A stretch of 64,000 nucleotides of DNA. Source: Octopus bimaculoides. Taxonomy: Eukaryota. Below are positions 1-12,266 of this stretch, piece by piece. The stretch covers positions 6,794,630 to 6,858,629 of the forward strand of contig NC_068982.1 of assembly GCF_001194135.2 (NCBI RefSeq), given 5' to 3'. Under the pieces are notes generated by a model. That model searched no databases and was not told the origin of the DNA. It saw only the letters and a list, made by a program, of their open reading frames with translations. Positions within the stretch are counted from its first letter, which is position 1; each line of letters begins with the position of its first letter. The translations under genes and the position numbers were made by a program.

Positions 1-1037
1 AGTACATGAATACATGTATATCATACATATAACTGTATAATGATATAACATAATATATATTCTGTGATTTGAAGTGACAATTTTAAATACAAACAAATGA
101 CCGAAAAATGATGAGATAACCCTAGCCAAAATCGAACCCACAAATCAACGCTTACCCGGCTTTTTGCGCATCCGATTGGGCCAAATGCTCACCCATCAAT
201 TTTAACCAAATTTAATGAATATATACTTAAACTGTTTAATACTACATATAATATTTGTAAACAAAACAGAAAGGCTTTGTAAGTTAGGGAGAGAAATCTA
301 CCGTGGAAGTCTCATAATATGATAACTGTATACGTATATATATCTATATATATATGTGTGGGTGTATGCATATGTGTGTGTGTGTGTATTCACTGTTATT
401 GCTACTAGAACATTAATAACTTGTATAAAATGAACTTCTACATAGAACCTTCCAATATATACAGAAATGACACACACACACACACTCAACAAAACCTCTT
501 TTCTAAAAAACACTTCCAGCTTTCTAGATACGGCTAATAGAGCTGATGCCACAAACAACGTATGTGGTGGAATATTTGCTTATAAAAACTTGTATATGCA
601 CACATGAGAGTAAGGGGACATCTGAGTAAGGCTGTGCACACGAACCCACACATATAGATGTGCATTGGAGTACCTATAGCGATCTATCTATAATGTTTGT
701 AGGCTTTTTGGGTGCCTTGTATTTCTAAGGGTTTTTTGACATANNNNNNNNNNNNNNNNNNNNNNNNNNNNNNNNNNNNNNNNNNNNNNNNNNNNNNNNN
801 NNNNNNNNNNNNNNNNNNNNNNNNNNNNNNNNNNNNNNNNNNNNNNNNNNNNNNNNNNNNNNNNNNNNNNNNNNNNNNNNNNNNNNNNNNNNNNNNNNNN
901 NNNNNNNNNNNNNNNNNNNNNNNNNNNNNNNNNNNNNNNNNNNNNNNNNNNNNNNNNNNNNNNNNNNNNNNNNNNNNNNNNNNNNNNNNNNNNNNNNNNN
1001 NNNNNNNNNNNNNNNNNNNNNNNNNNCCCATTTCAAA

Positions 1038-1059
1038 ATGTCATCCGATAATCACTCCG
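1038..1059 (+). CDS. Candidate first coding exon (MSSDNHS, phase 1) of an unidentified host gene
   Basis: tcaaaATG invertebrate Kozak-like context and CCG|GTAAGG donor right after an N gap; no downstream exon could be confirmed. Confidence 0.25.
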
Positions 1060-1604
1060 GTAAGGAATATTCGGCTAGAATGGGGCCTGCCAAAACTAGG
1101 CCGTAACAGCTGTAAGATTAAACTTCTGTTCATCCTCTAATTCCTTATGTACTTTGTACTTCTATATGTAAACCATGTTGGCAAAATAACATAGTCTGCC
1201 ATGGACACCTGTGCTTTGGTTATTTCTTTCTTTTTCTTTTCTTCCTCTCTTTTGTCACTTTTGCTATGAATTAAATTAATGAATTCAACGGGATACACCG
1301 TCTGCAAGTAGTTGGGTTCAGCATATCATCCTCCATTTTCTAATTGTTATATAAATGTATATATGTGTGTGTATATAAATCAATGCAAATGAATATATTT
1401 GTGTATATATGTGTGTGCATATATGAGTTTATGTCTATGTAGGTGAGTATGTAATGGTTCAGAAAGCAAGTATTTCCAGTACAGCACTCGACCTAATCTC
1501 CTTCTTGAAGCTGAGTCTCATATTTCATGGCTACTTACAGCTGTTTCTGACCATTAAAGATGTGCTAAATTCTTTCTTAGCCTTTTTACTAGAGTTTTCA
1601 TAGA

Positions 1605-1885
1605 GATGCTTGAAAGAGAAAGTTTACCATACAAAACTGGCAACAGTTAACAACATGAGAACATGAGAACAGCCATTGAACAAGACTGTGCATAAATATA
1701 GAAAGAAATGTTTCTTGATGTAAGCGATTCCATTACTTCATGTTATCAACAATGTCTGAACCAGAATGGTCGTCAGTGTGAAAACAGGAGTTCATAAAAA
1801 TATCGAATTTTATGTGCAGTCTTTATCAAAGTTTGAACTTGAAACGTATGTTTAATGTGTGCATGCATTTTTGGGACACCTTGTA
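1605..1885 (+). mobile_element. Tc1/mariner-superfamily 3' remnant
   Basis: Decayed frames read LKEKVYHTK...AIEQDC...EMFLDVSDSITSCYQQCLNQNGRQCEN (typical transposase C-terminus) and end in TIR-like ttttgggacaccttgTA. Confidence 0.6.
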
Positions 1886-3554
1886 CACACACACACGCAT
1901 GCGCGCACATATGCACATGCATATCTATAATTATTTTTTGGAATAATGGATCTGGAAGTACATTATAGCTTTATGGGCACTTTGAGATCCACTATCCCCC
2001 CCCCACCAAAAAAAAAGAATTATTTGAGAGTCTCTTGAAAGATTATAATAAAATTCTTATGATGTCAACAATATGCACATGCGCGCGCATGTGCATTATC
2101 TGCTTGTCTCCATTCGCTATTGGGATATGCGAATATTATCAAGGCAAAGCTGTACTGACTGTTTTTTTTTTTTTTTGCTGTATATATTTCACCTGATGTT
2201 TTATCACTGCAAACCATTTTCTCTTTCATAACTTGCTCGTCTCTGGTAAATAGGGTTTTTATTTTGGAATTTAGTAATATTCTTGTAATATGTATGTTGT
2301 ATTGTCTTGAGTAAAGTTCTCAAGCAGTATATTCAAATTTTCTGTAAAATTTTCTGTAATTTCATAGAAACTAATAGTCTCATCTCTCTATTTTATATTG
2401 TATCAATATTCCAATAATATGTACATAGCTAAGAGCTGTATTTGTTTTAAGTACACATTTTCATGTGTCATATTCTAGTTCTCAGATATTACAGCCTTCC
2501 TTCTGTAGTTCAATTCCTCTGTATTTTCTCATTAATCATCATTAATACATGCTATTCATATGCGTCCATTTGCTATTGCGATGTACGAATATCGACAAAG
2601 TTAAGTTGCTTTGGCTGTGTCTTTCTTTCTTAAATATGTAATGTAATTAACTTGCTTACCTGTATAATCAAAAATGCCAACAGTCTTATTAATGATCGAA
2701 AATGGTGCCTCAAAGAACAGGAAAACCATTTATAAACGTCAGCAATTGAAACAGATACATGAATACATAGAATTTAAGCACTTGAAGAATCAGATACAGT
2801 TGTAATGTCTTGGCTAAAAAGTATTATTGTCCACATAATACACACACACATACACTTTTCCTGTTCTCATGGATTGCACAGATTTTAAATGGTGGATGCT
2901 CTTCCTGTCACCAACTCTCACCTCTCTTCAGGTAAACTAATCCTTCACCAAAAGTCCAGACATGTTTTGGTGAAAGATTGGAAACAAAGAACACCTCTTG
3001 CATGACAGTGACACTTGCTTACAACTATAGGCTGAGTGTTAAGTCAAGGAGACAATAAAACAAGCAAACACACACACACACACACACACACCTATGCACT
3101 CACACATCCTCTACACACACACCCTACCCCTAAACACACCTACACACACAGACACCTACACACACACATGCCTACACACACCTACCAACCTACCTATCCA
3201 TATTTATATGATAGCGGTTCATATCCTAACTGCTAGATACATGGTTAGGCATCACAAGTGAGCCACCACATTTTCACATGGTTTATATATAAACCGACCA
3301 CTCACTATGAAGCTGTGGCTTAATATGGCTTCTCTGATGTAGAATTTACTCACTTTCTGCTCCACAAAACCATTTGGCATCCAACTCATCAGGCAGATGG
3401 GATTAAGTATTCATGCAGACAACTTCAGGTATTCATACAAACTGATTCTGAACATTCACAAGATGTCCCAGATGTAGTTTTTACGGACATGATGCCATTT
3501 TTATCTCCTCCTAGTCGACCATTATATTAATATATCTTATTGTAAATAGTCAAC

Positions 3555-3983
3555 ACAAAATATCACAGTTCTATAATTTAGAGATGAGGAATTATTTACA
3601 TTATTTACATTTGACGGATATTTGTCCTCATCTTCTTTGTTGTTAACACGTTTCAGCTGATATACCCTCGAGCCTTCATCAGGTGTCTTGGGGAAATTTC
3701 GAATCTGGGTTCTCTTTCCTAAGGTATTTTTCAATGTTGTTATTATTATTATTATTATTAATATTATTATTATTATTATTATTCAGGTCACTGCCTGCGA
3801 TTGAACTCGGAATCTTGGGGTTAGTAGCCCACGCTTTTAACCACTACGCCATATCCCCATGGTTTGAAATTTCCCCAAGACACCTGATGAAGGCTGGAGG
3901 GTATATCATCTGAAACGTTGTGTTAACAACAAACAAGATGAGGATAAATATCCGTCAAATGTAAATAATGTACAAAATATCAC
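3555..3983. mobile_element. Locus A of tRNA-headed hammerhead element (inverted pair)
   Basis: Full minus-strand monomer with tail at left, partial plus-strand arm at right; flanking direct repeat acaaaatatcac at 3555-3566 and 3972-3983. Confidence 0.85.
3879..3924 (+). ncRNA. Minimal type I hammerhead-like motif (stem II partly mutated)
   Basis: gacac-CTGATGA-a-ggctg..catct-GAAA-cgtt-gtgtt. Confidence 0.5.
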
Positions 3984-4649
3984 GTCTGGCTTTTGACTGT
4001 GCCAAAATCTTTGCCATTATGCACAGCACATGCAGGAAACTGTACTTAGAAGTATCGAAAAATCAGTTTCTATTTTGTAGTATTATACTGTGCAACATGT
4101 AACTGTATGAGAAAACCTGAAATATCATGGTAGTAAACACTTTTGCTTGTTTTCTAAAAAGAAGTTCACAAAAAATATTCTGCTTGTGCATTATGAAATG
4201 TGAGACTTATGCAGAGATTTCAAGATCTTTTCAATTTAGCTTGGAGGCTGATGACTTTGCTGCTTCATGGAGAGTGCCAAATCACATACCAAGTCATTCA
4301 ATCCTGCCTTACTAAAAAGATGAGGTTATGATGACTGTTTGGCATCAGATAGGGAGTCTTTGGAATGTGAGACCACATTTAACAAAATCCATTGGGATCA
4401 GTTGTGCATATCTATTTGAAGAAGTCCTCATTTACATCTGAAACTATATATGTATATATTTTTATTTTTTTTTAAGGGCATTACTACATGTAAATGCCTC
4501 ACACTATTAGGGACTCTTAAAGTCAAAACTACCATAATGAATACACAGTGTACTGAATGCGAGGGAAAGCAACATTAGAAGCCAACCCCTTAAAAACAGA
4601 TTTCGCCGCAAATCATATGATTTCATAGTTAGTGTATATAATCCACTTT

Positions 4650-5070
4650 GACTAGGGCTGGCAAACCAGGAGGCCACACCAGGCACCAATCTGATCTAGC
4701 AAGCTTTCTATAGCTGGATGCCCTTCTTAATGCCAACCATTCCGAGTGTAGTGGGTGTTTGTTAGGTTCCACCAGCATGAGAGCCAGTCAGTCGGTACTG
4801 GCATTGGCCATGTTTGGATGGTATTTTTTGCATAATACTGGCACAGGAGCCATTCGGGGCAGTTGGGATGTTCGCATCAACCACGTTTGGATGGTGCATT
4901 TTACGTGCCACTGGCATGGGAGCCAGTCAGGTTGCACTGACATTAGCCATGTTTGGATAGTGCTTTTTACATGCTACTTGCACAGGAACCAGTCGGGGCA
5001 GGTGGGGGTGGGGGCTGGCATTCACCACGTTTGGATGGTGCCTTTTATGTGCCACCAGCACAGGGAGCTA
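4650..5070 (-). mobile_element. RTE-tail-like SINE/LINE 3' fragment (family ending in (GAT)n)
   Basis: Contains ctggatgcccttcttaatgccaaccattccgagtgtagtggg core shared with 34445-34885, 41118-41503 and 63762-64000. Confidence 0.7.
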
Positions 5071-5089
5071 GTTATGAAATAATCTCAAA

Positions 5090-5262
5090 TTTTGTTACAA
5101 GGCCAGAACTTTCTAGGGAAGGGCTAAATTAATTACATCGACCCCCAAAAAGTTGAGAGGCCAAGTAGATCTCGGCAGAACTTGAATTCAGAATGTAAAA
5201 ACAGACAAAATACTGGTAAGCATTTAACCTGGCTTGCTAGCAACTATTCCAGCCACATTACC
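5090..5262 (-). mobile_element. Degraded tRNA-derived SINE (Meta-domain-like family)
   Basis: Similar to the 63000-63590 copies (gacctcggcggaatttgaactcagaacgtaaag). Confidence 0.55.
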
Positions 5263-6674
5263 AGGTATGAAATATTAAGAAATGATGATGATTTCTACAT
5301 CAACAATGATTATGAATCCAATATTATTAACTTCATTTATATCACATTAAAGATTATCTAAGTTAGATAAATAAACAATCAACTAAATTTGTTAGCAAGA
5401 AATATTGTCTTCCCTATTTCATCATTTTTCTTTTGTCCCAAATAAATATCAATTCAATAACATTTAGAGAATTATATTAGTTTCCGCTGCAGGAAATGTA
5501 TCTTATTTCATTTAAATATTATAGTTTATTTTACAAATTATTTACTCTACATCTATATTTGTCAGAAATATCTATTTTATTACAGAAATAGCTATTTATA
5601 TAACTTCAAAGTATTTTAAATTTTAGTTGAATATTTAATTTATCACAGATGGGAACCATCATCATGTTCATGATCGACGTTATTGTTAAATTTTCAATTT
5701 ATTGATTTTCTTTGATACCATTCCATTCCAGTTATTTGTAATAATTTATTAAAGAGTTTTCTGAAAAATTAAACGATCTTTCCTTTCCTTCCAAATATTC
5801 CTCTTCCTGTGTATGTTTAAAATTCTACTTTACAACATCATTAATTTTAATTAATGTTTACAAGATGAATGCTTCATATTAGTTAACTATTCCCTGTGTT
5901 GCTCAAGGCCTTGAATGCTATTTCCACAAAGCTAAGGCTTTACACTGTACAAATACATTTCCTACATTATCAATCTTGCTGAGAATCATTTTCTTCATGA
6001 TTGCTAAAACAAATCCTTTCACATAAATGTTATTCTTGTTATTAATATCATAAAACATCTACAATTGACAGTTTTGTCTACTTTATCACACATTTGACAC
6101 TTATTGTCAGATATTTACACTTAAGACTTTTTAATATGAAAAAATATTTAATGTTTTGTAATATCACCTATTCTCAAGATCTACGAAAAAGATACTTGCA
6201 AAATACAAGATGACAGTTTTCTTCAATTTCACTATCTTTTATCTTTTACTTGTTTCAGTCATTAGACTGTGGCCATGCTGGGGCACCAGCTTGAAGAGTT
6301 GACACTATGAGTGTCAATTCCAATTTTTCTTTTCAGACTGCTTTCAGACTCTAAGAGAAGTGGTATTTTGTTATTCCCTGTGCTGCCATGATTATAAAGA
6401 GGATATTTATTTGCATTTATCATTTGTCTATCAAAGTCCAGGCGGTTTTCAATTTTTCTGCTTTCTTTCCTCTATATTTTGCATGAGACAGCAAAATCTG
6501 TCTATCGCATGAGACAGCAAAATCTAAGATTCTATATCTGCTTTGTGCTTTAAGTCTTTATTATGAGCATGTCTGGCTTCCATACTTATATCACATTGTC
6601 AGTTTGCCCAAAGAGGTTCCATAAGTGTAAAATATTCATTTTAGTAATAATATTTGCGGAGATGTACTTGCATA

Positions 6675-6979
6675 GCAAGTGACCTGATCTGAGATCGTGT
6701 GCTGGAAGAAAACAATTCCAACGTAGAAGGTGTTTATAAGCCATGTAAGAAACACACAAACCATTAGATTCACTTCAACATTTAGATTTAATTTACCAAA
6801 ATATTTTTGTTGCTTTGAAATTGTAACCTGTTCACTGACAAAATTCTGTTCTGTGTGGAATTTTGTCAGTGAACAGGTTGCAGTCTCAAACTGACAAAAA
6901 TATTTTGGTAAATCAAATTGAAATGTTTGAAGTGAATCAAATGCTTTGTGTGTGTTTTAAATGGCTTATAAACACCTTC
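6675..6979. mobile_element. Foldback MITE
   Basis: ~120-bp inverted arms 6726-6979 around an 11-nt loop; a fragment of the same family occurs at ~55345-55455. Confidence 0.75.
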
Positions 6980-7364
6980 CAGTAATAACATTATATTCCA
7001 AATATAATAACTTCAGTCTTCCTTTCTTTGTCCCCTTTGAATCTTCCTTTAAACTTTATCTGTAGCATCTTGCTTTATTCACATGCTACAGAGAAATTTT
7101 AAATGACTGTGTTGTCTACACAGCAAAAAACTCAAAACATCAGGGTAACAGGAACTTAGGAGACTCAGTGCTTTACTCCAGGCTGAGGAGACATAACAAG
7201 ACTGAAATACCTGACATTCTAAGGCCAACTAATCTGAATTAATTGAGTATGTTATCAACACACTTTTCCTCTGAAAACAGAAGTTGTTTTACAATGACCA
7301 AATACACCAGCAATTAGCATATTCAGATTCAAAGCTGCTGGACGTTCATATAAATGAATATGTA

Positions 7365-7650
7365 TGGTGTAGGCATGGCTGTATGGTCAGAAGTTTGCTT
7401 TCCAACCACAAAGTTCTGGGTACAGTCCCTCTGTGTCACACCCTGGGCAAGTGTCTTCTACTATAGCCTCAAGCCATGTGAATGGATTTGGTTGAGGGAA
7501 ACTGGAAGAAGCCCATCATATGTGTGTGTGTGTGCGTGCACGTGTGCGTGTGCGTGCACGTGTGCATGTGTGTATAACTATGTGTGTGTGTCTTCGTGTC
7601 ATTATTTGTCCCTCCAACACTGCTTGACAACCGGTGTTGATGTGTTTCCT
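7365..7650 (+). mobile_element. tRNA-derived SINE family 1, 3'-truncated
   Basis: Head plus cttgggcaagtgtcttctactatagcc core and central (TG)n, as in the other ~15 copies. Confidence 0.8.
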
Positions 7651-7817
7651 GCATTGGAAATCTGCAATGGCTCCATAACTACCATCTCAGCTATAACCTT
7701 GGAGCCCTAATAATCTGTTACAGCACTTACCTTGAGTACCTAATTGTTTAGATCACCTGTGAAGTAAACCTCCATACTGTGTAGAAAGATATATACACAC
7801 ATATATATATATTTGCT

Positions 7818-8145
7818 TTTCAAATTCCTCTTGCTACTGTTAATAGAATTACAGTGCAATTCAATAGCCAAGGAAAGGAATCAACAGATTCTCATCCCGG
7901 CTGACCAGGCCCCTTGGAAAGGAAGCTTCGCTATTTGAAGAGAATTGTGGAAAACGAACCCCGTTTAAAGGCTCCTGACATTGCAAAACAGCTAGAAGTT
8001 AGTCCAAGAACATGCGCTACATATCTGAAAAAGCTTGGGTATTATGGATGAGCAGCTAGAAGAAAACCTCTCCTTCAACCAATTAATATTAAATAAAAGA
8101 TTTTGAAAATTAAAGGTGTCTATTTACTTCCTGCATGTCTGTGTA
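7818..8145 (+). mobile_element. Tc1-like internally deleted fragment (transposase N-terminal HTH)
   Basis: Reads LKRIVENEPRLKAPDIAKQLEVSPRTCATYLKKLGYYG*AARRKPLL; same segment inverted at 43975-44298. Confidence 0.75.
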
Positions 8146-8228
8146 CAGTACTGTTTCTACTTCATGTACTCTCACCTATCATGGGGGGTTTTGGAATGTA
8201 ACACTCACAATAGTCGATGGATTAATGT
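8144..8228. mobile_element. Tigger/pogo-like MITE right half
   Basis: Matches the right half of 27345-27556. Confidence 0.55.
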
Positions 8229-9293
8229 ATTACTCCTCCCTATTCACCTCCATTAAGAAAAAGAATGCAGACAGACAACTTCACAGCTGTGATATCAGAA
8301 TTGGTTTTACACATTTATGGAGGTCTACATACTTTTAGAAAGGGCAATGCAGCTAAATGAATCAATTCTCCGTATACTATTGATACTTATTTTTGTCTGC
8401 AGACTGCGGTTGTCTTTGCTTAAAGGAGCTAAAAGGCGAGATTAACACTGGCATGATTTGAACTGAGGGGCATAAAGAAAATATACTTTGTTTGGCAGCT
8501 TTTGACTTTTCTCACCTTAATATTTCTAACACAGACAGAAGATTCCAGATTTGGGTGAAGTGAAGAGGTGTGGAATCAATTTTGTAAACTCTGATGCTTG
8601 CCAATTTTATCAACTCCGAAAGGATGAAAGGCAATATGTTCAATTCTGATAACTATATACAGAATGGTATTTGTCCAACTCTCTACTATTTCTGCATGTC
8701 CATAATGTTCGGAAAACAACCAACAATATAATATGAATATATATACATATCTATCGATCTGTCTATCTCTATCTATCTATTTATCTATCTATCTGTGTGT
8801 GGATAGATAGCTAGCTATGTATGCATGTATATATGCATGAGTGTATGTATGTATGTATGTATGTATGTATGTATGCATGCATGCATGTATGTATGTATGC
8901 ATGTGCATATGTATGTATATGTACTGTCGATGTCTTAAAAATTTCATAAACATTCAAGAGACTGTGAAATAATTTTGGGAATAGTATATTGGAAAGCTCA
9001 CTCATAAAGCATTAAATAGTAATGTGTAAATATTGGGATGACAAACCATTTGGGATAGAAAAAAACTAAGGAATGCCTTTGACTTTTCACATCCAAAAAG
9101 GGTTTTTCAACCCAATATTTACATGCTATTACTTGTGTGTGGTGTACTTCAAGATATACTATTCCAGGAAGGAAATATCTATATACAACTCTGGCCAGGT
9201 GAGTAGCTAGCAGAGTTCCTCTTATTGAGTAATTACTACTTCCGAGGTTTTGCTAACTAGGAAACATATGTAGCCTGAAGATTCAGAAAAAAT

Positions 9294-9505
9294 TATATTA
9301 CATACATATAATAGGGATAACCACTAAGTGGACATCCATTATGCTAGAAGTAGATCACCAATGATCTGACCACTAAAGATTATTCTCAAGAAAATTCAGC
9401 TGAATTTTCTTGAGAACAATCTTTAATTGTCAGATCATTGGTGATCTACTTCTAGCATAATGGATGTCCACTTAGTGGTTATCCCTATTATATGTATGAA
9501 ATATA
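9294..9505. repeat. Near-perfect zero-spacer palindrome (TA-flanked MITE-like)
   Basis: 9301-9399 pairs with 9400-9498 with 3 mismatches; centre aattcag|ctgaatt. Confidence 0.85.
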
Positions 9506-10075
9506 TATGCATGTAAATATACACACATGCACCCTCACCCCACGATGAATGCCTAAGCCTAGACTTCGAATACTACCAGCTATTTGGTAATTCTATGGGG
9601 GAACGAGTTCTATTTTGTACTCTAATACATTCCTAACGGAATACACTTTAAATTATATATATATGTGTGTGTATGTGAATACAGTCAGACAGACAGATCA
9701 GACTTTTTCTAAACATTTATGCAAATTTCTAAAGTCTCAACAGCCATTTAATTCACAGCTGAATAACAAAAAAAAAACAAAAAAAACAGGAACATACAGA
9801 ATTTGAGTAACATAATAAAGTATTATATATCAGTTAAGCAGATAATTGCTCTGCTCTTCTAAATTAATGTTGTAATGTGATTATAGAGCAGACAACATTT
9901 AGCATTATTATTATTTAAAGCATTAAATTTCAACCATTATAAGGTTCCCAAAGAAGCTTTAAGAAAACATTTCTTGAGTTTATTGTCAATGAAATTGCTA
10001 TTTATCTGACATGTCCATGACATAATTCTAATATCGTCGTAGTTGCAATTATTTTTTTCTACATGAATCTAAATT

Positions 10076-10936
10076 GGTCTGATCAATAAGTATCCGGACT
10101 GTTGCCATAGTAACGAAGCTAAAACACGCAGAATGAAGCTGCTTGGCAAAGATTGACCTTAAACTCTACTGTGCATTCACACTAAGTTTTAACATTGTAG
10201 CTTACTTCTACTGTTCACAGCAGTGCTTGGTAGGAAGGTGTGATCATCACAGTGACCATGATAGAGACAGTTGTCATGGCAATACTTGCTCAGAGGCCAA
10301 CGTAAAGTTGCCGAAAGTGTATGGAGAGGAATGTATGAGCTGCACACAAGTGTACGAGTGGGTTAAGACGTTGCCAAGATGGCTAAAAAGAATATTGACG
10401 CAACCAGCAGAACTGAGAAAAACATTGCAGATGTGCATGCAACTGCAAGGGGAAATCGTCGAATCACCATCGGTGAGTTATTAGAGGATGTGCAGATTAG
10501 TTACGGTTCTGTTCAGTCCGTTATCACTGAAGATTTGGGTATGAGACACGTGTCTGCCATGTCGGTGCCAAAACTGCTTTCAGCTGGCCAAAAGGACACT
10601 CAGGTTTCAGTTGCACAAGATCTTCTTGATTGTGCCAAGAATGATGAAAACTTTTTGAAAACTTTGCATAGGCGTCTGAGCAGGTCTCACCAAGCTTTTG
10701 GAAAAATTTGATGCAGATTCTCTGCTTAATTTTCTCTGTCATGGTCAATACAATAATCACATGCTACACACCTTCTTTCCAAGCACTGCTGTATACAGCA
10801 GAAATGAGCTAGAATGTTAAAACTTAGTGCACATGCACAACAGAGTTTAAGGTCTATCTGTGCCAAGCAGCTTTAGTCTGCGTGCTTTAGCTTCGTTACT
10901 ATGGCAATAGTCCGGATACTTATTGATCATACCGTA
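10076..10936. mobile_element. Mariner derivative made of two 5' ends in inverted orientation
   Basis: Left arm carries transposase N-terminus (VYEWVK...RRITIGEL...VSAMSVPKLL); right arm is an inverted copy of the 5' end (MTEKIKQRICIKF); long inverted similarity between the arms. Confidence 0.8.
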
Positions 10937-11199
10937 TACAAACTTTATATACAGTATTTAATAATGCATGTACAAGTAATTTCTTTAAGTATTGAAGTCT
11001 CTCTTTTCTCAATGAATGCAACATTCACTGTATGCTTAAGCAGTTTCCATTTGAAACACATAGTTTCAGCAAGTGTGGTTTCTACACAGCTTCAGGTTGC
11101 CCAAAGCCTAGCAAGTGGAATTTGTTGGGAATAAAGAATGTGCAACACAGCTGGAAAGTTAGAGGAACACTTTGTCTTCTAAAGTGGTAGACTTGATCT

Positions 11200-11381
11200 G
11201 TCAAAAAGTACTGATGTTGGTGCCGCATAAAAAGCATGTGAAATAGTTGTTGCTAGGAAGGGCATCAAGATGAGGAAACCATGCCAACAGATAAATGTAG
11301 TCTGGTGTGGCTCTTGTCCTTGCCAGCTCCTGTCAAATGGCCCAACACATGCCAGTAGGAAAAATGGATGATGGTGATGAC

Positions 11382-11416
<35 letters not shown>

Positions 11417-11420
11417 CAAT
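11200..11420 (+). mobile_element. RTE-tail-like SINE fragment with (GAT)n tail
   Basis: ctaggaagggcatc...ccaacacatgccagtaggaaaaatggatgatg(atg)n. Confidence 0.65.
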
Positions 11421-11865
11421 AATAATAACGATAATGATGATCTTGGATTCCGTCAGTAAATATCATCCTGTGTCAAGTTATCAGGCCTAGTCTCCAATCG
11501 AAGGATAACTTATTCCCTTTTACTTGTCAACCATTGAGGGCTTGAGAAGGGTCATGGACACTGCTGTTCCTCTTCTTTAGGAAAATAAAATACAACAAAG
11601 CATTTTATGTGAGGAGGAAATGGTTGCATAATCTCATTGTATCAAGTTGTATTCACGAAATTGAATCTGAAATGATTTGAACTCAGAATATAGAGGGACT
11701 TAACCTTGATGTTGCTCATTGAGTCAAACACTCTACTATTTCTGCCAACACATAACTCACACTATGAACATTAAATGTTAAGTCATCATGTGTGATGAAT
11801 TCAATATCAAATTATTCCCCATTGTCATTCACAATTAAAAATCAAAATAATTAGAAATATTACTT

Positions 11866-12266
11866 TTTTACTCTTTTACTTGTTTCATTCATTTGACTGT
11901 GGCCATGCTGGAGCACTGCCTTTAGTCGAAGGAATTGACCCCAGGACTTATTCTTTGTAAGCCTAATACTTACTCTATCATTCTCTTTGGCCGAATAGTT
12001 AAGTTATGGGGATGTAAACACACTACCATCGGTTGTCAAGTGATGTTGGGGGAACAAACACAGACACACAAGCACACATATATATATACATATACATATA
12101 TACGATGGGCTTCTTTCAGTTTCTGTCTACCAAATCCACTCACAAGGCTTTAGTTGGCCCGAGGCTATAGTAGAAGACACTTGCCCAAGGTGCCACACAG
12201 TTTGACTGAACCTGGAACCATGTGGTTGGTAAGCAAGCTACTTACCACACAGCCACTCCTGCACCT
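11866..12266 (-). mobile_element. tRNA-derived SINE family 1, full length
   Basis: Head, core, central microsatellite and gactgaaacaagtaaaagag tail all present. Confidence 0.9.

Noticed and set aside
3537-3913. Recurring peptides such as NFPKTPDEG and ELGILGLVAHALNHY in ORFs at several loci
   Set aside because: Recurrence reflects the non-coding hammerhead repeat, not a gene family
7731-7776. Minus-strand exon with strong sites (ctttctacacag ... AAG|gtaagt)
   Set aside because: All three frames contain stops; at best a non-coding/UTR exon and unsupported without transcripts
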